A stretch of 62,461 nt of DNA, the filler included, from Chiloscyllium plagiosum (taxonomy: Eukaryota), in assembly GCF_004010195.1 (NCBI RefSeq). It is 4 parts of one record of this genome, joined end to end, with 100 filler letters (N's around TTAATTAATTAA, not from the genome) between each part and the next. Parts side by side here need not be neighbours in the genome. Positions count along the whole stretch, not along the records: positions 36,479 to 52,401 come from NC_057712.1; 3 more parts are not named here. One strand, written 5' to 3'. The notes under the pieces were generated by a model. That model did no database searches. It was not told the DNA's origin and saw nothing but the letters and a program-made list of their open reading frames with translations. Of this stretch, positions 36,479-48,519 are shown one piece after another. Positions within the stretch are counted from its first letter, which is position 1. Each line of letters begins with the position of its first letter. Both the position numbers and the translations under genes were made by a program.

Positions 36479-36798
36479 GGTCGTCATTAATGGAGATGGG
36501 GAGGGAGGTGTCAGAGATGGTCCAGGTAAATTTAAGGTCAGGGTGGAATGTGTTGGTGAAGTTGATGAATTGCTCAACCTCCTCGCGGGAGCATGAGGTG
36601 GCGCCAATGCAGTCATCAATGTAGCGGAGGAAGAGGTGGGGAGTGGTGCCGGTGTAATTACGGAAGATCAACTGCTCTACGTAGCCAACAAAGAGACAGG
36701 CATAGCTGGGGCCCATACGTGTGCCCATGGCTACCCCTTTGGTCTGGAGGAAGTGGGAGGATTCGAAGGAGAAATTGTTAAGGGTGAGGACCAGTTCG
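36479..36798 (-). mobile_element. Penelope-like retroelement reverse transcriptase fragment
   Basis: MGTRMGPSYACLF...FLRYIDD...FHPDLKFT is a PLE-type RT motif series. Confidence 0.85.
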
Positions 36799-38533
36799 GT
36801 TGTTAAGAAGGCATATACAGTGTTTTGGCCTTTATTAATAGAGGGATCGAGTTCCGGAACCAGGAGGTTATGCTGCAGCTGTACAAAGCCCTGGTGTAGC
36901 GGTACTTGGAGTATTGTGTACAGTTCTGGTCACCGCATTATAAGAAGAATGTGGAAGCTTTGGAAAGGGTGCAGAGGAGATTTATAGGATGTTGCCTGGT
37001 ATGGAAGGAAGGTCTTATGAGGAAAGGCTGAGGGCCTTGAGGCTGTTCTCGTTAGAGAGAAGAAGGTTGAGAGGTGGCTTAATAGAGACATACAATCAGA
37101 GGGTTAGATAGGGTGGACAGGGAGAGTCTTTTTCCAAGTATGGGGACTGAGCACGAGGGGGCATTGCTTGAAATTGAGGGGTGATAGATATAGGACAGAT
37201 GTCAGAGGGAGTTTCTTTACTCAGAGAGTAGTAAGGGTATAGAATGCTTTGTCTGCAACAGTAGTAGATTCGCCAACTTTAAGTACATTTAAGTCGTCAT
37301 TGGACAGGCATATGGATGTACGTGGAATAGTGTAGGTTAGATAGGCTTCAGATTGGTATGACAGATCGGTGCAATATCGAGGGCCGAAGGGCCTGTACTG
37401 TGCTGTAATGTTCTCTATTCTATCTCTCTGCTCATCAACTTTTCCCAAGGCTCTTCCATTTATAGTTCAATCTAGAATCAGACATTCCAAAATGTATCCC
37501 CTCCCAGTTGATGGAGCTGTGTGTGTAAAGTTCTCCCTGATCCCTGCCCATGCTGAGTGACTCAGTTGGAGCAGCTGGGTGTGTGTCCAGGGTTTGGTTT
37601 GATGTTGACACTGTAACTGTGTTTACTCATGTGCCTCCACCCTGCTCAGGAATGTTCTCATGACAGTGCCTGTGTGAGCTGCAACCTGTGAACCTGAAAA
37701 TCCAGTTTCAGTGCTGGGTCCTCTACGTTTTGTCATTTATATAAATGATTTTGATACGCGCATAAGAGATGCAATTAGTAAGTTTGCAGATGACACCAAA
37801 ATTGGAGGTGTAGTGGACAGCGAAGAGGGTTACCTCAGATTACAACAGGATCTGGACCAGATGGGCCAATGGACTGAGAAGTGGCAGATGGAGTTTAATT
37901 CGGATAAATGCAAGGTGCTGCATTTTGGGAAAGCAAATCTTAGCAGGACTTATACACTTAATGGTAAGGTCCGAGGGAGTGTTGCTGAACAAAGAGACCT
38001 TGGAGTGCAGGTTCATAGCTCCTTGAAAGTGGAGTCACAGGTAGATAGGATAGTGAAGAAGGCGTTTGGTATGCTTTTCCTTTATTGGTCAGAGTATTGA
38101 GTACAGGAGTTGGGAGGTCATGTTGCGGCTGTACAGGACATTGNNNNNNNNNNNNNNNNNNNNNNNNNNNNNNNNNNNNNNNNNNNNNNNNNNNNNNNNN
38201 NNNNNNNNNNNNNNNNNNNNNNNNNNNNNNNNNNNNNNNNNNNNNNNNNNNNNNNNNNNNNNNNNNNNNNNNNAGATATAAAAAGGACCTAAGGGGCAAC
38301 TTTTTCACGCAGAGGGTGGTACGTGTATGGAAAGGGCTGCCAGAGGAAGTGGTGGAGGCTGGTACAATAGCAACATTTAAAAGGCATTTGGATGGGTATA
38401 TGAATAGGAAGGGTTTGGAGGGATATGGGCCGGATGCTGGCAGGTGGGACTAGATTGGGTTGGGATATCTGGTTGGCATGGACAGGTTGGCCCGAAGGGT
38501 CTGTTTCTGTGCTGTACATCTCGATGACTCTAT
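36799..38533 (+). mobile_element. Two CR1 3' fragments (36799-37422 and 37710-38533, the second with a 130-N gap)
   Basis: CR1 C-terminal motifs with TTCTA and CTATGACT tails. Confidence 0.9.
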
Positions 38534-39309
38534 AAGAGTTGTTCTGCTTTGGGTACTCCTGAAACCAGCTGCCTGGTCAGTGCCTGAGTGAGGATAAACT
38601 GGGATTTCTGCTGGAGGCAGATAGGCTGCTCATTTTCCAATGGGGATGTCTGGGCAAAACTATCCATCCTATATTAAGAAAGTGAACCATACTCGCCCTG
38701 TGTCCCTGCCCTGTGTGGTTCCTTACTCCACACTATGTCCATGTCCTTCCTTGCTGGCATCGGCACTGCCTCATTTCTCTCACCTCCCTGTCTAGCTGCA
38801 GTAGGTTCATGGAGCAGGCTGTGGGATCTGTGACGATTCCACACATTCCCAAACACAGTGGTGTCCTGCAGTTCACTGCTTCATCATTCAGCCACTTGAG
38901 GAAATCACTCAAAGAGAGAGGCTCCGAGACAACAGACAGGATCACTGTGTGAGAGGGAGTGTGAGTCAGTCCAGCTGCGATAACACACTGATGGGAGCAC
39001 ACACAGTTCCATAACGTGATGGTTGTGCCCTTGTGCAAGCCCCCCGTATAGAAGAAACCCGCTTTAGAAACAGCACTGAGTGATGACGCTGTGATTGTGT
39101 CACAGCCAACACGTGGAAAAGTCCATGCTGTAGAAACAGTGTCTCCAATTTCTCAATTGTGTTACAGAGAATTTGCATTATTGAAACATATTATAAAACC
39201 CACCTATAACTCAGGAAACCAATGTCATTATCCACAGAGCAGTTTGTGAGAGTGTGTTAATGTGTGCAGTGGCTCTGTCTGTGGATTTCTGAGAGATCCC
39301 TCATTGCAT

Positions 39310-41858
39310 CCTGTCCCAGTGCAGTCCTCACTATCCCAGGGCAGTCCCCAGTCACTGTCCCAGAGCAGTCCTCACTGTCCCGGGGCAGTCCCCAGTCACT
39401 GTCCCAGAGCAGTCCTCACTGTCCCAGAGCAGTCCTCACTGTCCCGGGGCAGTCCCCAGTCACTGTCCCAGAGCAGTCCTCACTGTCCCGGGGCAGTCCT
39501 CACTGTCACGGCGGAGTTCATGGTCACTGTCCCAGTGCAGTCCTCACTGTCCCGGGGCAGTTCCCAGTTACTGTCTCAGTGCAGTCCTCACTGTCCCGGG
39601 GCAGTTCCCAGTCACTGTCCTAGTGCAGTCCTCACTGTCCCGGGGCGGTTCCCAGTGCAGTCCTCACTGTCCCGGGGCGGTTCCCTGTCACTGTCCCAGT
39701 GCAGTCCTCACTGTCCCGGGGCAGTCCTCACTGTCCCGGGGCGGTTCCCTGTCACCGTTCCAGTGCAGTCCTCACTGTCCCGGGGCGGTTCCCTATCACT
39801 GTCCCAGTGCAGTCCTCACTGTCCCGGGGCAGTTCCCTGTCACTGTCCCCGTGCTGTCCTCACTGTCCTGGAGCTGTATCCAGTCACTGTCCCGGGGCAG
39901 ACCTCACTGTCCCGGGGCAGTTCCCAGTCACTGTCCCGGGGCAGACCTCACTGTCCCAGGGCAGTTCCCAGTCACTGTCCCGGGGCGGTTCCCAGTCACT
40001 GTCCCGGGGCGGTTCCCAGTCACTGTCCCGGTGCAGTCCTCATTGTCCCGGGGCGGTTCCTAGTCACTGTCCCAGTGCAGCCCTCACTGTCCCGGGGCGG
40101 TTCCCAGTCACTGTCCCAGTGCAGTCCTCACTGTCCCGGGGCGGTTCCCAGTCACTGTCCCGGGGCAGTTCCCAGTCACTGTCCCAGTGCAGTCCTCACT
40201 GTCCCGGGGCGGTTCCCAGTCACTGTCACAGTGCAGTCCTCACTGTCTTGGGGCGGTTCCCTATCACTGTCCCAGAGCAGTTCTCACTGTCCCGGGGCGG
40301 TTCCCTGTCACTGTCCCAGTGCAGTCCTCACTGTCCCGGGGCGGTTCCCAGTGACTGTCCCGGGACGATTCCCAGTCACTGTCCCAGTGCAGTCCTCACT
40401 GTCCCGGGGCGGTTCCCTGTCACTGTCCCAGTGCAGTCCTCACTGTCCCGGGGCGGTTCCCTATCACTGTCCGAGTGCAGTCCTCACTGTCCCAGGGCGG
40501 TTCCCAGTGACTGTCCCGGGACGATTCCCAGTCACTGTCCCAGTGCAATCCTCACTGTCCCGGGCAGTTCCCAGTCACTGTCCCAGTGCAGCCCTCACTG
40601 TCCCGGGGCGGTTCCCAGTCACTGTCCCAGTGCAGCCCTCACTGTCCCGGGGCAGTTCATGGTCACTGTCCCAGTGCAGTCCTCACTGTCCCGGGGCTGT
40701 TCCCTGTCACTGTCCCAGTGCAGTCCTCACTGTCCCAGGGCGGTTCCCAGTCACTGTCCCAGTGCAGACCTCACTGTCCCGGGGCGGTTCCCAGTCACTG
40801 TCCCAGTGCAGTCCTCACTGTCCCGGGGCGGTTCCCAGTCACTGCCCCAGTGCAGTCCTCCCTGTCCCGGGGCGGTTCCCAGTCACTGTCCCAGTGCAGA
40901 CCTCACTGTCCCGGGGCGGTTCCCAGTCACTGTCCCAGTGCAGTCCCCACTGTCCCGGGGCGGTTCCCAGTGCAGTCCTCACTGTCGCGGGACGGTTCCC
41001 AGTCACTGTCCCAGTGCAGACCTCACAGTTCATGGTCACTGTCCCAGTGCAGCCCTCACTGTCCCGGGGCAGTTCATTGTCACTGTCCCAGTGCAGCCCT
41101 CACTGTCCCAGGGCGGTTCCCGGTCACTGTCCCAGTGCAGCCCTCACTGTCCCGGGGCGGTTCCCGGTCACTGTCCCAGTGCAGTCCTCACTGTCCCGGG
41201 GCGTTTCCCAGTCACTGTCCCAGTGCAGTCCTCACTGTCCCGGGGCGGTTCCCTGTCACTGTCCCAGTGCAGTCCTCACTGTCCCGGCGCTTTTCCCAGT
41301 CATTGTCCCAGTGCAGTCCTCACTGTCCCGGGGCAGTTCCCAGTCACTGTCCCGGGGCAGTTCCCAGTCACTGTCCCGGGGCGGTTCCCAGTCACTGTCC
41401 CGGAGCGGTTCCCAGTCACTGTCCCGGGGCGGTTCCCAGTCACTGTCCCGGGGCGGTCCTCATTGTCCCGGGGCGGTTCCCAGTCACTGTCCCAGTGCAG
41501 TCCTCACTGTCCCAGTGCAGTCCTCACTGTCCCGGGGCGGTTCCCAGTCACTGTCCCGGGGCGGTTCCCAGTCACTGTCCCGGGGCAGTCCTCACTGTCC
41601 CGGGGCGGTTCCCTATCACTGTCCCAGAGCAGTCCTCACTGTCTTGGGGCGGTTCCCTATCACTGTCCCAGTGCAGTCCTCACTGTCCCGGGGCGGTTCC
41701 CTGTCACTGTCCCAGTGAAGTCCTCACTGTCCTGGGGCGGTTCCCTGTCACTGTCCCAGTGCAGTCCTCACTGTCCCGGGGCGGTTCCCTGTCACTGTCC
41801 CAGTGAAGTCCTCACTGTCCCGGGGCGGTTCCCAGTCACTGTCCCAGTGCAGTCCTCA
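39310..41858 (+). repeat. Minisatellite of ~44-bp units built from 20- and 24-bp subunits (CAGTCCTCACTGTCCCGGGG + CGGTTCCCAGTCACTGTCCCAGTG)
   Basis: 2.5 kb array read directly; source of the 818-, 752- and 406-aa spurious ORFs. Confidence 0.97.
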
Positions 41859-42039
41859 GTACACTGGGTATTTACATGGTTTCCTTTCCCACCTCCAAAC
41901 CTTTTTATGAGGCATCATGCTGGGGCCCGATTCTGGGTGAATCCGGGCTTTAGTTAGCAGGCAGGTTCTGACGAGGGGTCACTGGACCCAAAATATTAAC
42001 TCTGAGTTCTCTCCATTCAGGGAGAACTCAGCAGCGTTT

Positions 42040-45000
42040 AAAGTTTCCAGAACAAGCAATAGGACAGAGAGAATGGAGAGGATCAGGAATCTAACTCCAG
42101 GCACAGCAGATAAGGGGACAGCTATGAGAAAGGATGTAGTCGACACAGGACTGAGGCTGTACTTAAATACATGTGTACATGAAACACGGTAAATGAGCTT
42201 GTAGTGCAGATTGACATTGACAGGTACGATGTAGTGGGTATCACAGAGATGTGGCTGCAAGGGGCTCAGGGCTGGGAACTAAGTATAAAAGGATACACAT
42301 TGAATCGAAAAGACAGGCAAATGGGTGGAGGTTGCCTTGTAAGTAAGAAATGAAATTAAATCGATAGCAAGAAATGATATAGAGACGGAAAGTGTAGATT
42401 CTGTTTGGGTAGGAAAGGGAAAATGACCCTGATGGGAGTTCTATACAGGCAATAGTCAGGAAGTGGGGAAGAGAGTGGGCGGCACGGTGGCTCAGTGGTT
42501 AGCACTGCTGCCTCGCAGCAATAGTCAGGAAGTGGGGAAGAAAACAAATTAGGCAATAGATCAGGTATTAAAGGCACTATTACAATTATCACGGGGGACT
42601 TCAATATGCAGCTGCACTGGGAAAATCAGATTGGTAGCAGATCACAAGAAAGGAACTTGGTGCAGTTGTCTGCAAGATGGTTTTCTTTGGAGCAGCTTGT
42701 GGTAGAGCCCAGGAAGGAACAGGCAATGCTGGATTTAACAATGTGTTATGAGGCAGACTTGATTAGGGAGCTTAAAGTGAAGGAGCCCCTACAGGACAAT
42801 GTCCCGAATGTGATGGAATTCATCCTTCGCTTTGAGAGGGAGAAACTGGAATCAGTCGTAATGGGATTACCATTGGGTAAACAGAACTCCAAAGACATGA
42901 GGGTGGAGCTGGCCAGAGTTGATTGGAAGGGGAGCCGAGCAGAGGGGATGATGGTGGAGCAGCAATGGCAGGAGTTTTTGGGGGTAATTTGGGAGGCACA
43001 GCAGAAATTCATCCCAAGGAAGAAGTAACTCACTAAGGGGAGGATGTGACAGTCATGGCTAATAAGGGGAGGCAGGGACAGTATGAAAGCAAATGAAAAA
43101 GCATACCATGGGGTGTGTGTTAGTGGGAAGTCAGGCAGTTGGGAAGCCTTCGAAAACTGACAGAGTCATAGAGATATACAGCACGGAAATATACCCTTCG
43201 GTCCAACTCAGCCATGGTGGTCAGATATCCGAGACAAATCTAGTCCCATTTGCCAGCATTTAGCCATATCCCTCCAAACCCTTCCGATTCATATACCCAT
43301 CCAGATGCTTTTCAAATGTTGTAATTGTACCAGCCTCCACCACTTCCTCTGGCAGCTCATTCCATACACTCACCACCCTCTGTGTGAAAACGTTTCCCCT
43401 CAGGTCCCTTTCAAATCTTTTCCCTCTCACCTTAAACCTATGACCTCTAGTTCTGGACTCCCCCACACAAGGCAAAGGCCTGGTTTATTTACCCTATCCA
43501 TGCTCCTCATGATTTTATAAACCTCAATAAGGTCACCCCTCAGCCTCCGATGTTCCAGGCAAAACATCCCAGCCTATAGATAGACTGGAAAGTTGAGCGG
43601 AAAAGTGGCAGATGGTTTCCAATCCACACAAATGTGAGGTGATGCATTTGGGCAAAACTAATTCTAGAGCGAATTATACAATGAACGGAAGAGCCTTGGG
43701 AAAAGTTGATGGGCAGAGAGATCTGGGAGTGCAGGTCCATTGTACCCTGAAAGTTGCTGCACAGTTGGATAAAGTGGTCAAGAAGGCACATGGTATGCTT
43801 GCCTTCATTAGACGGGGTATTGAGTATAAGAGCTGGCAGGTCATGTTAAAATTGTACAAGACATTGGTTCAGCCACATTTAGAATACTGTGTACAGTTCT
43901 GGTCGCCACACTACCAAAAGGATGTGGACCCTTTGGAGAGGGTGCAGGGAAGGTTTACGAGGATGTTGCCTGGTCTGGAAGGTGCTAGCTATGAAGAAAG
44001 GTTGAATAGGTTAGGTTAGTTTTCACTAGCAAAAAGGAGATTGAGGGGGGTCCTGAGTGAGGTTTACAAAATCATGAAGGGTATAGACAGGGTGGATAGA
44101 GACAAGCTTTTTCCCAGGGTGAGGGATTCAATAACGAGAGATCACGCTTTCAAGGTGAAAAATTTAAGGGGGATACACGCAGCAAGTGCTTTACACAGAG
44201 GGTGGTGGGCGTCTGGAACGCGTTGCCAGCAGAGGTGGTAGAGGCAGGCACGGTAGATTCGTTTAAGATGCATCTGGACAGATGCATGAGTACGTGGGGA
44301 ACAGAGGGATACAGATGCTTAGGAATTGACCGACAGTACATTTGGATTGGCTCAGGCTTGGAGGGCTGAAGGGCCTGTTCCTGGGCTGTAAAATTTCTTT
44401 GTTTATTCAGCCTCTCCCTGTAGCTCAAATCCTCCAACCCTGGCAACATCCTTGTCAATCTTTTTAGAGCCCTTTTGAGTTTAACAACATCCTTTCTATA
44501 TCAGGGAAACCATAATTACACACAGTATTCCAAAAGTGTCCTGTACAGTTGCAACATGACCTCCCAATTCCTGTACTCACTGCCCTGGCCAGTAAAGGCA
44601 AGCATTCCAAACGCCGCCTTCATCACCCTGCCTATCTGTGATTCCACTTTCAACGAGCCTTGAACCTGCAGTCTAAGGTCTCTTTGTTCAGCAACACTCC
44701 TCAGGACCTTACTATTAAGTGTATAAGTCCTGCCCTGATTTGTCTTTCCAAAATGCAGACCTCCCGTTTATCTAAATGAAACTCCATCTGCCACCCCTTG
44801 GACCATTGGCCCATCTTATTCAAGATCCCATTGTACTCTGAGGTAACCTCCTTCACTGTCCACTATACCTCAATTTTGGTGTCATCTGTAAACTTACTAA
44901 CCTTACCTCCTATGTTCGCATCCGAATCATTTATATAAATGACGAAAAGCAATGGATCCAGCACCGATCCTTGTGGCACACCACTGGTCACAGGCCTCCA

Positions 45001-48000
45001 GTCTGAAAAACAACCCTCCACCACCACCCTCTGTTTTATACCTTCAAGCCAGTTCTGTATCCAAATGGCTAGTTCTCTCCGTGTTTTCATCATTTATATA
45101 AATGATTTGGATGTGAGCATAAGAGGTAGTTAGTAAGTTTGCAGATAACACCAAAATTGGAGGTGTAGTGGACAGCGAAGAGGGTTACCTCAGATTACAA
45201 CAGGATCTGGACCAGATGGGCCTATGGACTGAGAAGTAACAGATGGAGTTTAATTCAGATAAATGCGAGGTACTGCATTTTGGGAAAGCAAATCTTAGCA
45301 GGAATTATACACTTAATGGTAAGGTCCGAGGGAGTGTTGCTGAACATAGAGACCTTGGAGTGCAGGTTCATAGCTCCTTGGTCTCCTTCCTATCGGAAAG
45401 ATGTTGTAAAACTTGAAAGGGTTCAGAAAAGATTTACAAGGATGTTGCCAGGGTTGGAGGATCTGAGCTACAGGGAGAGGCTGAACAGGCTGGGACTGTT
45501 TTCCCTGGAACGTTCGGAACCTTATAGAGGTTTATAAAATCATGAGGGGCATGAATAGGATAAATAGACAAAGTCATTTCCCTGCGGCAGGGAGAGTCCA
45601 GAACTAGAGGGCATAGGTTTGTGGTGAGAGGGGAAAGATATAAAAGAGACCTAAGGGGCAACCTTGTCACTCAGAGGGTGGTATGTGTATGGAAAGGGCT
45701 GCCAGAGGAAGTGGTGGAGGCTGGTACAATTGCAACATTTAAAAGGCATTTGGATGGGTATATGAATAGGAAGGGTTTGGAGGGATATGGGCCGGGTGTG
45801 GGCAGGTGGGACTAGATTGGGTTGGGATATCTGGTCAGCATGGACAGGTTGGACAGAAGGGTCTATTTCCTTGCTGTACATCTCTATGACTCTGTGACCT
45901 AACCTTGCTAACCAGTCTACCACGAGGAACCCCAGCATTGTCAAGCACCTTTCTGAAGTTCATATAGATCACGTCCACCGCTCTGCCCTCATCAATCCTT
46001 TTCATTATGTCTTCAAGAAACTCAGTCAAGTTTGAGACATGATTTCCCATGCACAAAGCCACGTTGACTGTCCCTAATCAGTCCTTGCCTTTCCAAATAC
46101 ATGTGCAGTTCCAAATCCTGTCCCTCATGATTCCCTCCAACAACTTGCCCACCACCAACGTCAGGCTCACTGGTCTGTAGTTCTCTGGCTTGTCCTTACC
46201 ACCTTTCTTAAATAGTGGCATCACATTAGCCAACTTTCAGTCTTCCGGCACCTCACCTGTGACTATCGATGATACAAATATCTCAGCAAGGGGCCCAGCA
46301 ATCACTTCTCTAGCTTCCCACAGAGTCCTAGAGTACACCTGATCAGGTCCTGGGGATTTATCCACCTTTAACCGTTTCAAGACATCCAGCACTTCCTCCT
46401 CTGTAATATGGACATTTTTCAAGATGTCACTATCTATTTCCCTACATTCTATATCTTCCATGACCTTTTCCACAGTAAACACTGATGCAAAATACTCGTT
46501 TAATATCTCCCCCATTTGCTGCAGTCCCACACATAGGCTGCCTTGCTGATCTTTGAGGGGCCCTATTGTCCCCCTCATTTCCCTTTTGTCCTTAATGTAT
46601 TATGAAGTCCATTTGGCAAATAGGGTTAAGGAGAATCCAATGCTATCTCATGTCCCCATTTTGTCCTCCTGATTTCCCTTTTAAGTGGGGAATTGAAAAC
46701 TAGAGGGCATAGGTTTAAGATGAAAGGAGAAAGATTAAAACTGACCCGAGGGGCACCTTCTTCACACAGAGAGTGGTGCGTGTATGGAATAGGCTGTCCA
46801 AGAAAGTGGTTGAGGCAAATACAATAGCAACATTTTAAAAACATTTGGATAGCTATATGGTTGGGAAGGCTGTGGAAGAATATGGACCATATGTGGACAG
46901 TTTGGGCCAAGGGGCCTGTTTTCATGCTGTATTACTCTGTCTCTAAGTATACTCCTACTGCCTTCATATTCTTCTGAGGATTCACTTGATCTCTGCTGTC
47001 TATACCTGACAAATGCTTCTTCCTTTTTCTTGACCAAACTTTCGATTTCTCTATAATTCAGCAGCCCTTGCACCTACCAGCCTTTCCTTTCACCCGAACA
47101 GGCATATACTTTCTCTGGACTCTCATCATCTCATTTTTGAATGCTTCCCCTTTTCCAGCGTCTCTTTACCTGCAAACATCTGCCTCCAATCAAGTTCTTG
47201 CCTAATACCGTCAAAATTAACCTTCCTCCAATTTAGAACTTCAACTGTTAGATCTGGTCTATCCTTTTTCATCACTATTTTAAAACGAATAGAATTATGG
47301 TCACTGGCCCCAAAGTGCTCCCCCACTGACACCTCAGTCACCTGCCCTGCCTTTTTTCCCAAGAGTAGGTCAAATTTTACACCTTCTCTGGTAGGTTCAA
47401 CAACATACTGAATCACACACCTTTCTTGTACACTTAACAAATTCCTTTCCATCTAAACCCTTAACACTATGGCAATCTCAGTCTATGTTTGGAAAGTTAA
47501 AATCACCTAATATAACCACCCTATTATTCTTACAAATCTCCTTACAAATTTCCTGCTGGCTATTGGGTATAGTACAATTTCATTAAGGTGATTATCCCTT
47601 TCTTATTTCTCACTTCCACCCAATTAATTTCCTTGGATGTATTTCCAGGAATATCATCCCTAAGTACAGTCATAATGTTATCCCTAATCAAAAATGCCAC
47701 TCCCCCTCCTCTCTTGCCCCCTTTCTATCCTGCCTATAGCATCTACAGCCTGAATCATTAAGCTGCCAGTCCTGTCCATCCCTGAGTCACGCCTCTGTAA
47801 TCGCCATGGTATCTTAGTCTCATGTTCCTAACCATGCCCTGAGGTCATCTGCTTTCCCTGTCAGGCCTCTTACATTGAAATAAATGCAGTTTAATTTATT
47901 GTTCACTGCTTTGTTCCTGACTGTTTGACTTGCTCCTTTTCCCAATTGTACAAGTCTCAGACTAATCTCTTTAGTCCCAAACCCACCTGCTTTTTTTTTC

Positions 48001-48385
48001 CCTGGTTTAAATCTTCTGAAGCAACTGTAGCAAATCTCCCTGCCACTTTATAGTCCCCTTACAATTCAAGTGCAATCTGTCCTACTTATCCAGGTCACTT
48101 CTACCCCAGAACAGATTTCAATAAACCAAAAATGTGACTCCTTCTCCCCTGCACCAGCTCCTGAGTCAAGCATTCATCTGCTCTATGCTCCTATTCCTAC
48201 CCTTACTAGCTCGTGGCACTGGAGTTATTCAGGTATTATTACCCTCGAGGACCTTTGTTGTAAATTCCTGCATAGCTTTCTATATTCTCTCCTCAGAATC
48301 CCACCCTTTTCTCTTCCAATGTCGTTGCCTCCAATGTGTACAATGACCACCTGCTGGTCCCCCTCCCCGTTGAGAATATTCTGAA
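42040..48385. mobile_element. Cluster of nested and adjacent CR1 LINE fragments in alternating orientation
   Basis: Endonuclease (+) 42040-43160; 3' ends at 43163-43577(-), 43578-44400(+), 44400-45080(-), 45085-45893(+); a long - strand copy at 45895-48385 reaches ORF1 VHIGGND. Confidence 0.88.
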
Positions 48386-48519
48386 CCTTCTCCAAGGACA
48401 ACTGAACAAGTGGTAAGGGAGGAGAAGATGAAATCCTGGGACTAGTTGAGTTTTGGATTATGTTTGACAAGGACTGGTTGGACTGAAGGGTCTGTTTCTG
48501 TGCTTTATGACTGAGGAGT

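Noticed and set aside
38530..39300. Possible POLH or other exons in non-repetitive sequence
   Set aside because: The ORF-track translations show no POLH or KLC motifs; a non-coding 5' exon cannot be excluded.
39262..41957. 818-, 752- and 406-aa ORFs
   Set aside because: Translations of a tandem repeat that is open in several frames at once; no splice or domain evidence.
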